24,000 nt of DNA from an uncultured Gammaproteobacteria bacterium (GTDB lineage: Bacteria; Patescibacteriota; Patescibacteriia; UBA2169), in the NCBI GenBank assembly GCA_964407875.1, contig CAYOXH010000001.1:1-24000 (forward strand), in the 5' to 3' direction. The stretch's first letter is position 1, and the number at the start of each line of letters is the position of its first letter. The translations under genes were made by a program, and so were the position numbers. Below, in pieces: positions 1 through 7,078 of the stretch. The notes beneath the pieces are model-generated. The model was not told where the DNA came from. It searched no databases and was given only the letters and a program-made list of their open reading frames with translations.

Positions 1-32
1 TTAAAATTCATTAATTCCTTGTTTTTAGTGCA

Positions 33-257
33 TTATTCAACAACAAAAGGCATGAATCCCATGATTCGTGAGTTTTTGATTGCGCGAATAACAAAGTGCT
101 GGTGCTTTGTGCAGGCGCCGCTTCTTTTTTTTGGCATAATCTTGCCATATGCGCTAGTAAAACGCTTAAGTACGTCAATATCCTTATAATCAATATCTTT
201 AATATTGTTTGTACAAATAAAGCATGATTTGTCTTTTTCAACTTGTCTGTTTAGCAT
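33..257 (-). CDS. rpsR: 30S ribosomal protein S18
   Basis: 74 aa. Pattern CFIC..IDYKD..LKRF..YGKI.PKKRSG.C.KHQ...AIK..R is typical of bS18. Last gene of the rpsF-ssb-rpsR cluster. Confidence 0.93.
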   Translation of the reverse strand: MLNRQVEKDKSCFICTNNIKDIDYKDIDVLKRFTSAYGKIMPKKRSGACTKHQHFVIRAIKNSRIMGFMPFVVE

Positions 258-266
258 AATTAGAGG

Positions 267-719
267 TTAAAATGGTATATCTTCAACTTTTATATCTTCT
301 TCTGTAGTTTGTTCGCTTTGCTGTGCTGGTGCTGCTGGCTCCTCTGCTGGAGGAGGGGGCATGTCTTCTCCACCTGGTTGTGATGGTGCGCCTTTCCTAT
401 CTAATAGAATCATGTTATCTGCATTTACCTCTGTCCAGTATTTTTTATTTCCGCTTGCATCATCCCATGTGCGTGTTTGCAAGCGACCTTCAAGATATAT
501 ACGAGAACCCTTGTGCACGTACTCCCCGATAATTTCTGCTAAGCGCCTCCATGCTACGATATTATGAAATTCAGCTCGTTCTTGCTTTTGGCCTGATTGA
601 TCTTTCCAGACCAAGTTAGTAGCAAGCCCAAAACTCGCAACCTGAACGCCAGTAGGCGTTGTTTTTATTTCTGGGTCGCGGGTTACGTTTCCTATGAACA
701 TGACTTTGTTGAGATCCAT
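267..719 (-). CDS. ssb: single-stranded DNA-binding protein
   Basis: 150 aa. OB-fold N-terminus (NKV.FIGNVTRDPE...FHNIVAWRRLAE...YLEGRLQTR.W), Pro/Gln/acidic linker and C-terminal acidic tip ending DIPF. Confidence 0.95.
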   Translation of the reverse strand: MDLNKVMFIGNVTRDPEIKTTPTGVQVASFGLATNLVWKDQSGQKQERAEFHNIVAWRRLAEIIGEYVHKGSRIYLEGRLQTRTWDDASGNKKYWTEVNADNMILLDRKGAPSQPGGEDMPPPPAEEPAAPAQQSEQTTEEDIKVEDIPF

Positions 720-750
720 ATAGTTATATTTTAATAATTAAGCGATACTA

Positions 751-822
751 ATGATACGAATTGCATACGAATGATACGAATTTAATTCGTATGGGCGCAT
801 TCGTAGCGCGCCATTCGTATGC
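751..822. repeat. word-hairpin: three direct copies of atacgaat followed by three copies of its complement attcgta(t)
   Basis: Read directly. atacgaat occurs at 754-761, 765-772 and 774-781; attcgtat/attcgta at 785-792, 799-805 and 813-820. The spacers between words do not pair. The element fills the rpsF-ssb spacer up to the rpsF stop codon. Confidence 0.8.
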
Positions 823-1338
823 TTATATTTTATCACTCTCAAGCAATTCATCAAGCTTTTCATCTAACTGGTCTAAACTTATTTTTGGCTCTTTTGAAGA
901 AGGTTTCTTTTCATCTTTTTTCTTCTCTGCGGAATCAGATAAATCAGCGGTAGGTTGTTTCTCTTCTTTTTCTGTGGAATCAGCGGAATCAGATAAATCA
1001 GCGGTAGGTTTTTTAATATCTTTGATTTTTGCGATTCTATCTTTGATGGTGCTGTGCTCGAATTTTGATATTAAGTGCCGCATTACAGATTGTGAAAGCC
1101 GCAGTTTTTCGTTAAGCGCTGGAATGTTTGCGCTTTCAGCAGAAAACAGCCAACAACGGTATTCGCCATGGGTTTGTGTTTTGATTGCGTATGCTAGTTT
1201 TTTGCGGCCCAAGGAGTGGTTAAATACCACTTCTGCTTCGGCTGATTTGAGCAGCTCTTCAACCTGTTTAGCTAGCTCATCAGTTTCTTCTTGTGTTTGC
1301 TGTCCGCTGAACAGCACACAAAGTTCATATTCATTCAT
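823..1338 (-). CDS. rpsF: 30S ribosomal protein S6 with a long charged C-terminal extension
   Basis: 171 aa. N-terminal ~95 aa match bS6 (YE..VLF......E........V..L........V.....GRKKLAY.I......G.Y). The ~70 aa tail is Lys/Glu/Asp/Ser-rich and contains a duplicated PTADLSDSA unit. Confidence 0.92.
   Translation of the reverse strand: MNEYELCVLFSGQQTQEETDELAKQVEELLKSAEAEVVFNHSLGRKKLAYAIKTQTHGEYRCWLFSAESANIPALNEKLRLSQSVMRHLISKFEHSTIKDRIAKIKDIKKPTADLSDSADSTEKEEKQPTADLSDSAEKKKDEKKPSSKEPKISLDQLDEKLDELLESDKI
929..1010 (-). repeat. perfect 28-nt direct repeat (929-956 and 983-1010) inside the rpsF tail
   Basis: gcggaatcagataaatcagcggtaggtt occurs twice, 54 nt (18 codons) apart. It is in frame and encodes the duplicated PTADLSDSA. 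Confidence 0.9.
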
Positions 1339-1352
1339 AGATTTATCCCTTC

Positions 1353-1402
1353 CCCTCTTTTAGGATAATAGGATCCCTGCTGACTTGGCAGGGAAAAGAG
1401 GG
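1353..1402 (-). promoter_or_regulatory. candidate SD-sequestering hairpin in the rpsF 5' leader (possible S6:S18 autoregulatory element)
   Basis: ccctctttt (1353-1361) pairs with aaaagaggg (1394-1402, 9 bp). An inner hairpin pairs ccctgc with gcaggg (1375-1393). On the minus-strand mRNA the purine tract aaaagagggGAAGGG just upstream of the ATG (1338) is the paired strand. Confidence 0.35.
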
Positions 1403-1446
1403 TATTAATACTGAATTACAGTATCACAAAGCTTGATAATTTGCAA

Positions 1447-1501
1447 GCCACGTCGCTCGCCACGTCGTTCTCGAACGACGGTGGCTCGCGAGCGACGTGG
1501 C
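1447..1501. repeat. GC-rich nested palindrome built from the duplicated word gccacgtcg
   Basis: Sequence is gccacgtcgctc gccacgtcgttc tcgaa cgacggtggc tcgcgag cgacgtggc. The outer 13-bp arms gccacgtcgctcg/cgagcgacgtggc are perfect, and so is the inner 8-bp stem cgtcgttc/gaacgacg. It lies in the divergent rpsF/methyltransferase spacer. Confidence 0.8.
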
Positions 1502-1546
1502 AAGTATGTATACAAATAAATAAAAAAAATATACAATAACGTTGTT

Positions 1547-2767
1547 ATGGATCAATCGTTTGTAATTTTAGGAAATAATCCATCTTTGTCTTTTGCGGAA
1601 GTATACCAAAACACTGGTAAAAGTATTATATTAGCTGGAGAATCTTCAGTGATTTTGGATAATAAAGAAATCGGAGATTCAGGTGCGATTGTTTTTGGCG
1701 GTGTTCCAAAGTCAGGAGTGGTTATTGACCAGATGTCCGCCAGAGGCGGATCCGCCTCTGGCGGAAAAGCAGTTGATGCAAAGAAACTTGCGTCAATTTT
1801 AGAGAAGTTTATACAAATTGGTCAAAAATTTCATTTTGGTCTTAGTTTATATGTTTTAGGTGGAGAAGGCATTAACCAAAAGAAGTTAAAGGCACTTGGT
1901 CTTGAAACAAAAAAACTACTAAAGCAATTAAGCCACTCTGTCCGTCTTGTTGAGTCAAAGTCAGGAAATCTTTCGAGCGTTGATGTCGCAAAAAATAAAC
2001 TATTAGACAAAGGAGTTGAGTTGTGTTTATTCTCGACAAAAGATGGCGTCTTAATAGGAAAGACAAAGTCAGTTCAGCCATTTGAAGAATATAGCGAAAG
2101 AGATTACGGACGCCCATCTAGAGATATGAAACGTGGCATGCTTCCGCCTAAGCTCGCGAAATCAATGGTTAACCTTTCTGGCGCAGAACCTGGTTCTTTG
2201 ATTCTGGATCCATTTTGCGGAGTTGGAACTGTTTTACAGGAGGCGCTTTTGCTTGGGTATCGTGTAATTGGAACTGATATAGATGAGAAAGCAGTTAAGC
2301 AGACAAAAGAGAACATTGAGTGGCTTATTGCTAGGCATAAAAAGGAATTACCAGAGTCCAAGATTGATGCAATGGACGTTCGCAAGCTAGACAAAACCGT
2401 GACAAAGGATTCAATTGATTCAATTGTTACTGAATTTGATTTAGGCCCTCCTCTTTCTGGAGATGAATCCCGCGCAAAGGTTGAATCAATAGAAAAATCA
2501 TTAAACGACTTTTACGCAGAAGCGCTTGAACTTATGCGCGATGTTTTAAAAGATGGCTCCAGAGCTGTTGTTGCCTGGCCTTATTTTGCAAAACATGATA
2601 TTGCTTTGTCTGTATTTGGTAAATTGTCAGATTTAGGATGGAGCGTGGTTGAGCCATATCCAAAAGAATTTACAGAAGTATATCCATTGTCAGAACGCGG
2701 GACATTGTTGTATGGCAGGGAGGACCAGTATTTGTTTCGAGAAATTTTGATTTTAGAGAAAGCCTAA
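1547..2767 (+). CDS. class I SAM-dependent methyltransferase, Trm11/UPF0020-like (putative RNA N2-guanine MTase)
   Basis: 406 aa. Motif I is LDPFCGVGTVLQEA followed by GTDID; a motif IV-like DLGPPL follows. The N-terminal ~190 aa are not recognisable. Substrate is unassigned. Confidence 0.7.
   Translation: MDQSFVILGNNPSLSFAEVYQNTGKSIILAGESSVILDNKEIGDSGAIVFGGVPKSGVVIDQMSARGGSASGGKAVDAKKLASILEKFIQIGQKFHFGLSLYVLGGEGINQKKLKALGLETKKLLKQLSHSVRLVESKSGNLSSVDVAKNKLLDKGVELCLFSTKDGVLIGKTKSVQPFEEYSERDYGRPSRDMKRGMLPPKLAKSMVNLSGAEPGSLILDPFCGVGTVLQEALLLGYRVIGTDIDEKAVKQTKENIEWLIARHKKELPESKIDAMDVRKLDKTVTKDSIDSIVTEFDLGPPLSGDESRAKVESIEKSLNDFYAEALELMRDVLKDGSRAVVAWPYFAKHDIALSVFGKLSDLGWSVVEPYPKEFTEVYPLSERGTLLYGREDQYLFREILILEKA
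1737..1764. repeat. perfect 28-bp GC-rich palindrome inside the methyltransferase CDS
   Basis: ccgccagaggcggatccgcctctggcgg is its own reverse complement. It encodes SARGGSASGG. The core gccagaggc-N6-gcctctggc recurs at 3162-3185. Confidence 0.9.
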
Positions 2768-3840
2768 GCGTTGTGGAGAAAATGGCATACATCCCCGTCT
2801 TGCACAATATAATTTTTTCCCTCTAGGCGCATGACGCCTTTTTCTTTTGCTCCGAGCTCTCCGTTATACTTTACAAAATCTTCGTAGGATATAACTTCTG
2901 CGCGGATAAATCCTTTTTCAAAATCACCATGAATCTTGCCTGCTGCTTGGGGGGCTAGAGTTCCATTCTCAATTGTCCATGCTCGAGTTTCTTGAGGGCC
3001 AGAGGTTAGGAAGGTAATTAAATTTAGTAATCTATATGAGGCAGTAATTAATTTATCAAGACCTGATTGTTCTAGTCCTAGTTCTTTGAGCAAAGCTTTT
3101 GCGTCTCCATCAGATAACTCCGAAAGCTCTGATTCTATTTTTGCTGAAATAATAATTTTCGGCCAGAGGCCGACCAGCCTCTGGCTGGCATGCTTGTCGT
3201 TCATTTTGTCTTCTCCAACATTAATTATATCAATCATAGGTTTTTGGGTAATAAGTTGCAAGTCTCGCGTTGCTAGTTGCTCGTCTTCTGTGAGGTATGC
3301 GTCACGTGCTGGGTGTTCGTTATTAAGCTTGTCTTTGATTTTTTCTAAGGCGCTTAAAGCAAGTTTTGCGTCTTTATCCCCACTTCGCGCTTGGCCCTCA
3401 ACATCTTTGAATTTTTTTTCAATGCTTGCAAGATCAGCCATAATCAATTCAATCATAATAATTTGCTTGTCATCCTCGGGATCAATCCTGTTTTCTACAT
3501 GCTGAATATCATTATTTTCAAAATCACGCACAACATGCGCAATTGCGTCAACTTCACGTATGTGTGAAAGAAATTGGTTCCCTAATCCCTCGCCTTTGTG
3601 AGCGCCTTTTACCAAACCAGCGATGTCAACGAACTCAATTACTGTTGGGATAGTTTTTTCTGATTTAGAAATTTTAGTAAGTTTTTCAAGCCGCTCGTCA
3701 GGTACGCTAACAACACCGACATTTGGGTCGATTGTGCAAAAAGGAAAATTTTCAGCTGGCACTGCCTTTTTAGTCAACGCTCGAAACAAGGTTGATTTAC
3801 CTACATTTGGCAGGCCTACGATTCCAATTGAGAAAGACAT
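2764..3840 (-). CDS. ychF: redox-regulated ATPase YchF (Obg-family GTPase fold)
   Basis: 358 aa. Contains P-loop [37 protein letters not shown] and a C-terminal TGS-like RLEGK.Y.V.DGD. It overlaps the convergent methyltransferase by 4 nt. Confidence 0.95.
   Translation of the reverse strand: MSFSIGIVGLPNVGKSTLFRALTKKAVPAENFPFCTIDPNVGVVSVPDERLEKLTKISKSEKTIPTVIEFVDIAGLVKGAHKGEGLGNQFLSHIREVDAIAHVVRDFENNDIQHVENRIDPEDDKQIIMIELIMADLASIEKKFKDVEGQARSGDKDAKLALSALEKIKDKLNNEHPARDAYLTEDEQLATRDLQLITQKPMIDIINVGEDKMNDKHASQRLVGLWPKIIISAKIESELSELSDGDAKALLKELGLEQSGLDKLITASYRLLNLITFLTSGPQETRAWTIENGTLAPQAAGKIHGDFEKGFIRAEVISYEDFVKYNGELGAKEKGVMRLEGKNYIVQDGDVCHFLHNA
3160..3188. repeat. second copy of the gccagaggc-N6-gcctctggc hairpin, inside ychF
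   Basis: cggccagaggccg a ccagcctctggctgg. The arms gccagaggc (3162-3170) and gcctctggc (3177-3185) are identical to those at 1739-1747 and 1754-1762, with the same 6-nt spacer length. It is read in a different frame (SQRLVGLWP). Confidence 0.85.
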
Positions 3841-3848
3841 AAAAGAAA

Positions 3849-3877
3849 GTTACAAGTTACAAGTATCAAGTTACAAG
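3849..3877. repeat. word array gttacaag gttacaag tatcaag gttacaag directly upstream of ychF
   Basis: Read directly (29 nt). With its agaaa left flank it aligns to polA 7741-7780. Confidence 0.8.
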
Positions 3878-4000
3878 ATTTTTAATAGAAGCGCAATGTT
3901 TTTTGTTTACTTTTTGTGTAGTTTTGATATAGTTGGCTTATAAATCTTATTAGTCCCCCTTCGCCAGTAGGCTTCGGAGGATAAATATATTAGTAAAAGA

Positions 4001-4588
4001 TTGGTAATTAGTAGTATTATGATTACAAAAACATTTATTAAAAAGCTCAAGAATCAGATTGAGAAAACCGATTCTGGGAGGTCAAAGATTATTCGCGAAA
4101 CACATGGCTTAGTGCGAGAGGCAAAGCATGTTATTTTTAAGTTGCATCGCGGGGATACAAAAGATGCTAAGCAATCTTTGCAAAGTGTTGAGAAGAAATT
4201 AAAAATAGTTGTAAAGGATGCAGAAAAAAGCGGATTGCGTAATGAAGGGCCGCTGAAGGCGGCAGTAGAAGAATTTTTAGAGGCATCTTTCCTAATACGC
4301 GTTTTAGAGAATAAGTCATTGCCTCCAGAAGTAAGTTTTACTGTGCAAGCAGATGAACAGCTAGGCGCATTATCTGATTTAACTGGTGAGTTAGTTCGCG
4401 CTGCAACACTTGAGGTGACAAAAGGGCATTTAAAACGCATACAGCAGTATCGCGATGCAACCGAAGAATTGTTTGGCGTGCTATTGCAGATGAACCTTCG
4501 CGGCCAGTTGCGCCAAAAGCGTGATGACGCGCGCAGGAATTTAAAACGTTTAGAGGATATTTTATATGATGTATCATTGAAGTCATAG
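4001..4588 (+). CDS. translin/TRAX family protein (C3PO-like putative ribonuclease)
   Basis: 195 aa. VEEFLEASF aligns to TRAX QEYVEAVSF. LGALSDLTGELVR aligns to the translin/TRAX LGV(A/L)DLTGELMR. The C-terminal LRQKRDD...LKRLEDILYDVSL resembles translin LRKRYDGLKYD.KKVEEVVYDLS. The track start is TTG at 4001; an ATG at 4019 is an alternative. Confidence 0.75.
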   Translation: MVISSIMITKTFIKKLKNQIEKTDSGRSKIIRETHGLVREAKHVIFKLHRGDTKDAKQSLQSVEKKLKIVVKDAEKSGLRNEGPLKAAVEEFLEASFLIRVLENKSLPPEVSFTVQADEQLGALSDLTGELVRAATLEVTKGHLKRIQQYRDATEELFGVLLQMNLRGQLRQKRDDARRNLKRLEDILYDVSLKS

Positions 4589-4592
4589 TTAT

Positions 4593-5690
4593 ATGAAAAA
4601 AGAACTTCATATTACAATAATAGGCAGAGTGCAAGGTGTGTATTTTAGAAACCAGGTAGTTACTGTTGCGGGTGATAATAACATAACCGGATATGTAGAG
4701 CATACACCAGAGGGTGATATGCGTATTGTTGCGCAAGGCAATGAGAGCGCTTTAGAATATCTGCTTAGTTGGTGCCAAAAAGGAGTATTCCCTGCAAAAG
4801 TAGAGGGTATGAGTTACCAGTGGCGCGATGCTCAAAAGGCGTTTAAGAAATTTACCATTAAGCGCAGGGCGCCTTTTATTGAGGATGAGGTTTTAAGTTT
4901 AAAAAATCTTGGAAAGTCAGTGCTTGGTCTTCAGAACCAGATAAAAGTACCCAAGCATGTGGTAATTATTCCAGATGGCAACCGCAGATGGGCGCGCGAG
5001 CACGGCTGGCACCCTTGGGTGGGGCATAGAAAGGCACTTGCGAATGATCGCATGCAGGATATCTTTAAAGAGTGTGAACATTTTGGAATTAAGTATTTGA
5101 GTATGTGGGGATTTTCTACGGAAAATTGGGATAGGGACAAAAAAGAAATCAAATACTTGTTTGATATTTTTCGTAAATTTGTAACTGATCTTAAAGAAAG
5201 CGTGCACAAAGACAAAATTCGTTTTCGTTTATTCGGCCGCAGGGATCGTTTTCCAAAAGATATTGTTGAAATGTGTGAAAAATTAGAGCAAGAAACCAAA
5301 AAATACACTAATTTTAATTTTCAACTTTGCCTTGATTCCGGAGGCAGAGATGATTTAGTCCGCGCGTTTAACAAAATTATTAAAAAAGGAGTTATGCGTG
5401 TTGATGAAAAGGTGATAGCCAATAATCTTGATTCTTTTGGCATACCTGATCCTGATTTTATTATCCGAACTTCCGGTGAACAGCGAACTAGCGGCATTAT
5501 GGCATTTCAATCTGTGTATGCTGAATTGTATTTTACAAAAGCATATTTCCCTGATTTTAACGCGGAGCATTTTAGGCGCGCTATTTTAGATTATTCCGCA
5601 AGAACTCGAAGATTCGGGGGTACTGCAAAGGAGGATTTAGAAAAAATTGGGGTTAGAAAATTAGTTGACCCTGGCGTAGTTAATAACTAA
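4593..5690 (+). CDS. uppS: fusion protein: N-terminal acylphosphatase-like domain plus undecaprenyl-diphosphate synthase (cis-prenyltransferase)
   Basis: 365 aa. Residues ~5-90 carry the AcyP signature IIGRVQGVYFR...GYVEH..EG...V.QG. From ~residue 120 come UppS motifs PKHVVIIPDGNRRWA, FSTENW.R...E and IRTSGEQR.S......YAELYF...FPDF. Confidence 0.88.
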   Translation: MKKELHITIIGRVQGVYFRNQVVTVAGDNNITGYVEHTPEGDMRIVAQGNESALEYLLSWCQKGVFPAKVEGMSYQWRDAQKAFKKFTIKRRAPFIEDEVLSLKNLGKSVLGLQNQIKVPKHVVIIPDGNRRWAREHGWHPWVGHRKALANDRMQDIFKECEHFGIKYLSMWGFSTENWDRDKKEIKYLFDIFRKFVTDLKESVHKDKIRFRLFGRRDRFPKDIVEMCEKLEQETKKYTNFNFQLCLDSGGRDDLVRAFNKIIKKGVMRVDEKVIANNLDSFGIPDPDFIIRTSGEQRTSGIMAFQSVYAELYFTKAYFPDFNAEHFRRAILDYSARTRRFGGTAKEDLEKIGVRKLVDPGVVNN

Positions 5691-5692
5691 TT

Positions 5693-6568
5693 ATGGGAAA
5701 TAAAAATAAGTTACTTGGTAGGTTTAGAGATTTACAAAACAATCCTTATGTGTTTTCTCGGCATGAGCTTACCCAAGAGCCAGAAGACAAAAAGCAGGAA
5801 AAATACGAACTTACTAGCAAAGAGCTTGAAATAGTGCGTGAACAGCATCTCACGATTTTTGAGCATGATGAAACAATGCAAAAAATGTTCAAAAATGATT
5901 TTGAGGAATATTTTAAAGCAGTTGAAGACCCTGATTTAATGGAAAAAAAGTATCAAGAGCGCATGAGAGATTTGCGTGCTCCCAGAGACAATGAAGCAGT
6001 TATTGAAATAGATGATTTAAGCGATTTTATGCCTATGGAGGAGGATGATGAATACTGGGATCCAATTGATGAGTTCAATGAATTTGAAATGGGAATGGAA
6101 GATGAGATGCTTGAGGATTCGAGGCCAGAAGATCTTGAAAAAACACTCAGTCCTAAAAAGAACGAGTTATATGAGAAAGGATTTCAATGGTCTGTGCACA
6201 TACACAAACTTTGCCACACTATTTACGAAAAAGAAAAGCGCAGAGATCCTGACCTTTTCAGGGTAATGATTAATGCGACAATGGTTTCTGCAAAAATTGC
6301 ATATGCATCTGATGATGATTCTTTTTTCGAAGGCATGGAAGGAGATGATGAGTTTGATTCGTTTGAGGCGGAGTTGGGTTTGCGCGGATATGGCTTAGCA
6401 ACTACATTTTTACAGCGAACTCGCGATTCTTTACAGAATTTAATCAAAAAAAAATTCAACCCAGTAGTCGAATGGCAAAAATGCCTTAATATTGCGGATG
6501 AGATGATTTTAGAAATCCAAGGAAAAATGGTTGAACTCACAAAACGTCTACATCCACCACGCGAATAA
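5693..6568 (+). CDS. hypothetical, highly acidic protein
   Basis: 291 aa, of which my hand count gives about 70 D+E. Acidic runs include MEEDDEYWDPIDEFNEFEMGMEDEMLED and SDDDSFFEGMEGDDEFDSFEAE. It starts 2 nt after the uppS stop, so it is likely co-transcribed. No family recognised. Confidence 0.6.
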   Translation: MGNKNKLLGRFRDLQNNPYVFSRHELTQEPEDKKQEKYELTSKELEIVREQHLTIFEHDETMQKMFKNDFEEYFKAVEDPDLMEKKYQERMRDLRAPRDNEAVIEIDDLSDFMPMEEDDEYWDPIDEFNEFEMGMEDEMLEDSRPEDLEKTLSPKKNELYEKGFQWSVHIHKLCHTIYEKEKRRDPDLFRVMINATMVSAKIAYASDDDSFFEGMEGDDEFDSFEAELGLRGYGLATTFLQRTRDSLQNLIKKKFNPVVEWQKCLNIADEMILEIQGKMVELTKRLHPPRE

Positions 6569-7018
6569 ATAATAAAGCCCTACATAGCGGATTATTTTAC
6601 CAATAATGACGTAGATAGAAAATTTCCAGAATTTATATTTAAGTACCCCAGGAACAAAAGTAAGCGGGTCACCCACGATAGGCAGCCATGAGAACAGCAG
6701 AATTGGAGGGCCAAATTTTTCAAACCATCTATGAGCGCGGCTTAAGCGTTCTTTTTTGATTCTAAAATATTTTTCTAAAATCCAAAATTCTCCGGCCCGT
6801 CCAATTAGATAATTAAGCGAATTGCCTGCATAGTTGCCAATTGAGAGTATTATGATTGTTGGAATTACCGGCATGCCTGCTTTCCAAACAGCAATTGCAA
6901 CTACTTCTGGAGAAAAAGGCACAAGTGTTGTTGCAATCGCTCCAAATAAAAATAAACCCACATAGCCCCCGGGGCCAGTTATAAAATTTAGAAACCAATT
7001 TTGGAATGAATCAAACAT
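6548..7018 (-). CDS. yqaA: YqaA/DedA-like small membrane protein (VTT domain)
   Basis: 156 aa with about 4 hydrophobic segments. Motifs P.S.EVV, GN..G...NY..GR and LLFSWLPIVGDPL......LK match the E. coli YqaA pattern. It overlaps the convergent acidic ORF by 21 nt. Confidence 0.8.
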   Translation of the reverse strand: MFDSFQNWFLNFITGPGGYVGLFLFGAIATTLVPFSPEVVAIAVWKAGMPVIPTIIILSIGNYAGNSLNYLIGRAGEFWILEKYFRIKKERLSRAHRWFEKFGPPILLFSWLPIVGDPLTFVPGVLKYKFWKFSIYVIIGKIIRYVGLYYLFAWWM

Positions 7019-7044
7019 GCAATTATTATACCATAAAAAAGACG

Positions 7045-7072
7045 TTGTTTTTTGGCGTGGTTACGGTAGAAT
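7045..7072 (+). promoter_or_regulatory. possible polA promoter TTGTTT-16-TAGAAT, implying a leaderless or near-leaderless mRNA
   Basis: TAGAAT (7067-7072) ends 6 nt before the ATG (7079). An overlapping TATAAT (7072-7077) is too close to be used with this start. No SD is present. Confidence 0.25.
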
Positions 7073-7078
7073 ATAATC

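Noticed and set aside
1-11. Possible start of another minus-strand gene (aaggaattaATGaatttt.. reading leftwards from position 11)
   Set aside because: Only 3 codons fall inside the window, which is too little to support a call.
761-1363. 200-aa + strand ORF antisense to rpsF
   Set aside because: It is a low-complexity Ser/Phe-rich shadow of the S6 gene and its repeats. It has no start context, whereas rpsF on the opposite strand has a clear family match.
2764-2767. The 4-nt convergent overlap of the methyltransferase and ychF as a regulatory feature
   Set aside because: It is consistent with general genome compaction, and nothing else suggests function.
3086-3505. 139-aa + strand ORF inside ychF, with similar antisense ORFs at 12416-12937, 12856-13455 and 13852-14325
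   Set aside because: All lie fully within well-supported genes on the opposite strand and have Ser/Leu/Ile-rich shadow composition.
3849-3877. The word arrays as a possible CRISPR array
   Set aside because: The units are only 7-9 nt with no unique spacers, and no cas genes are present. This is not CRISPR architecture.
3944-3985. Possible hairpin cccccttcgcc...cttcggagg upstream of the translin-like gene
   Set aside because: On inspection the two segments are direct (cttcg repeated), not complementary. No convincing stem exists.
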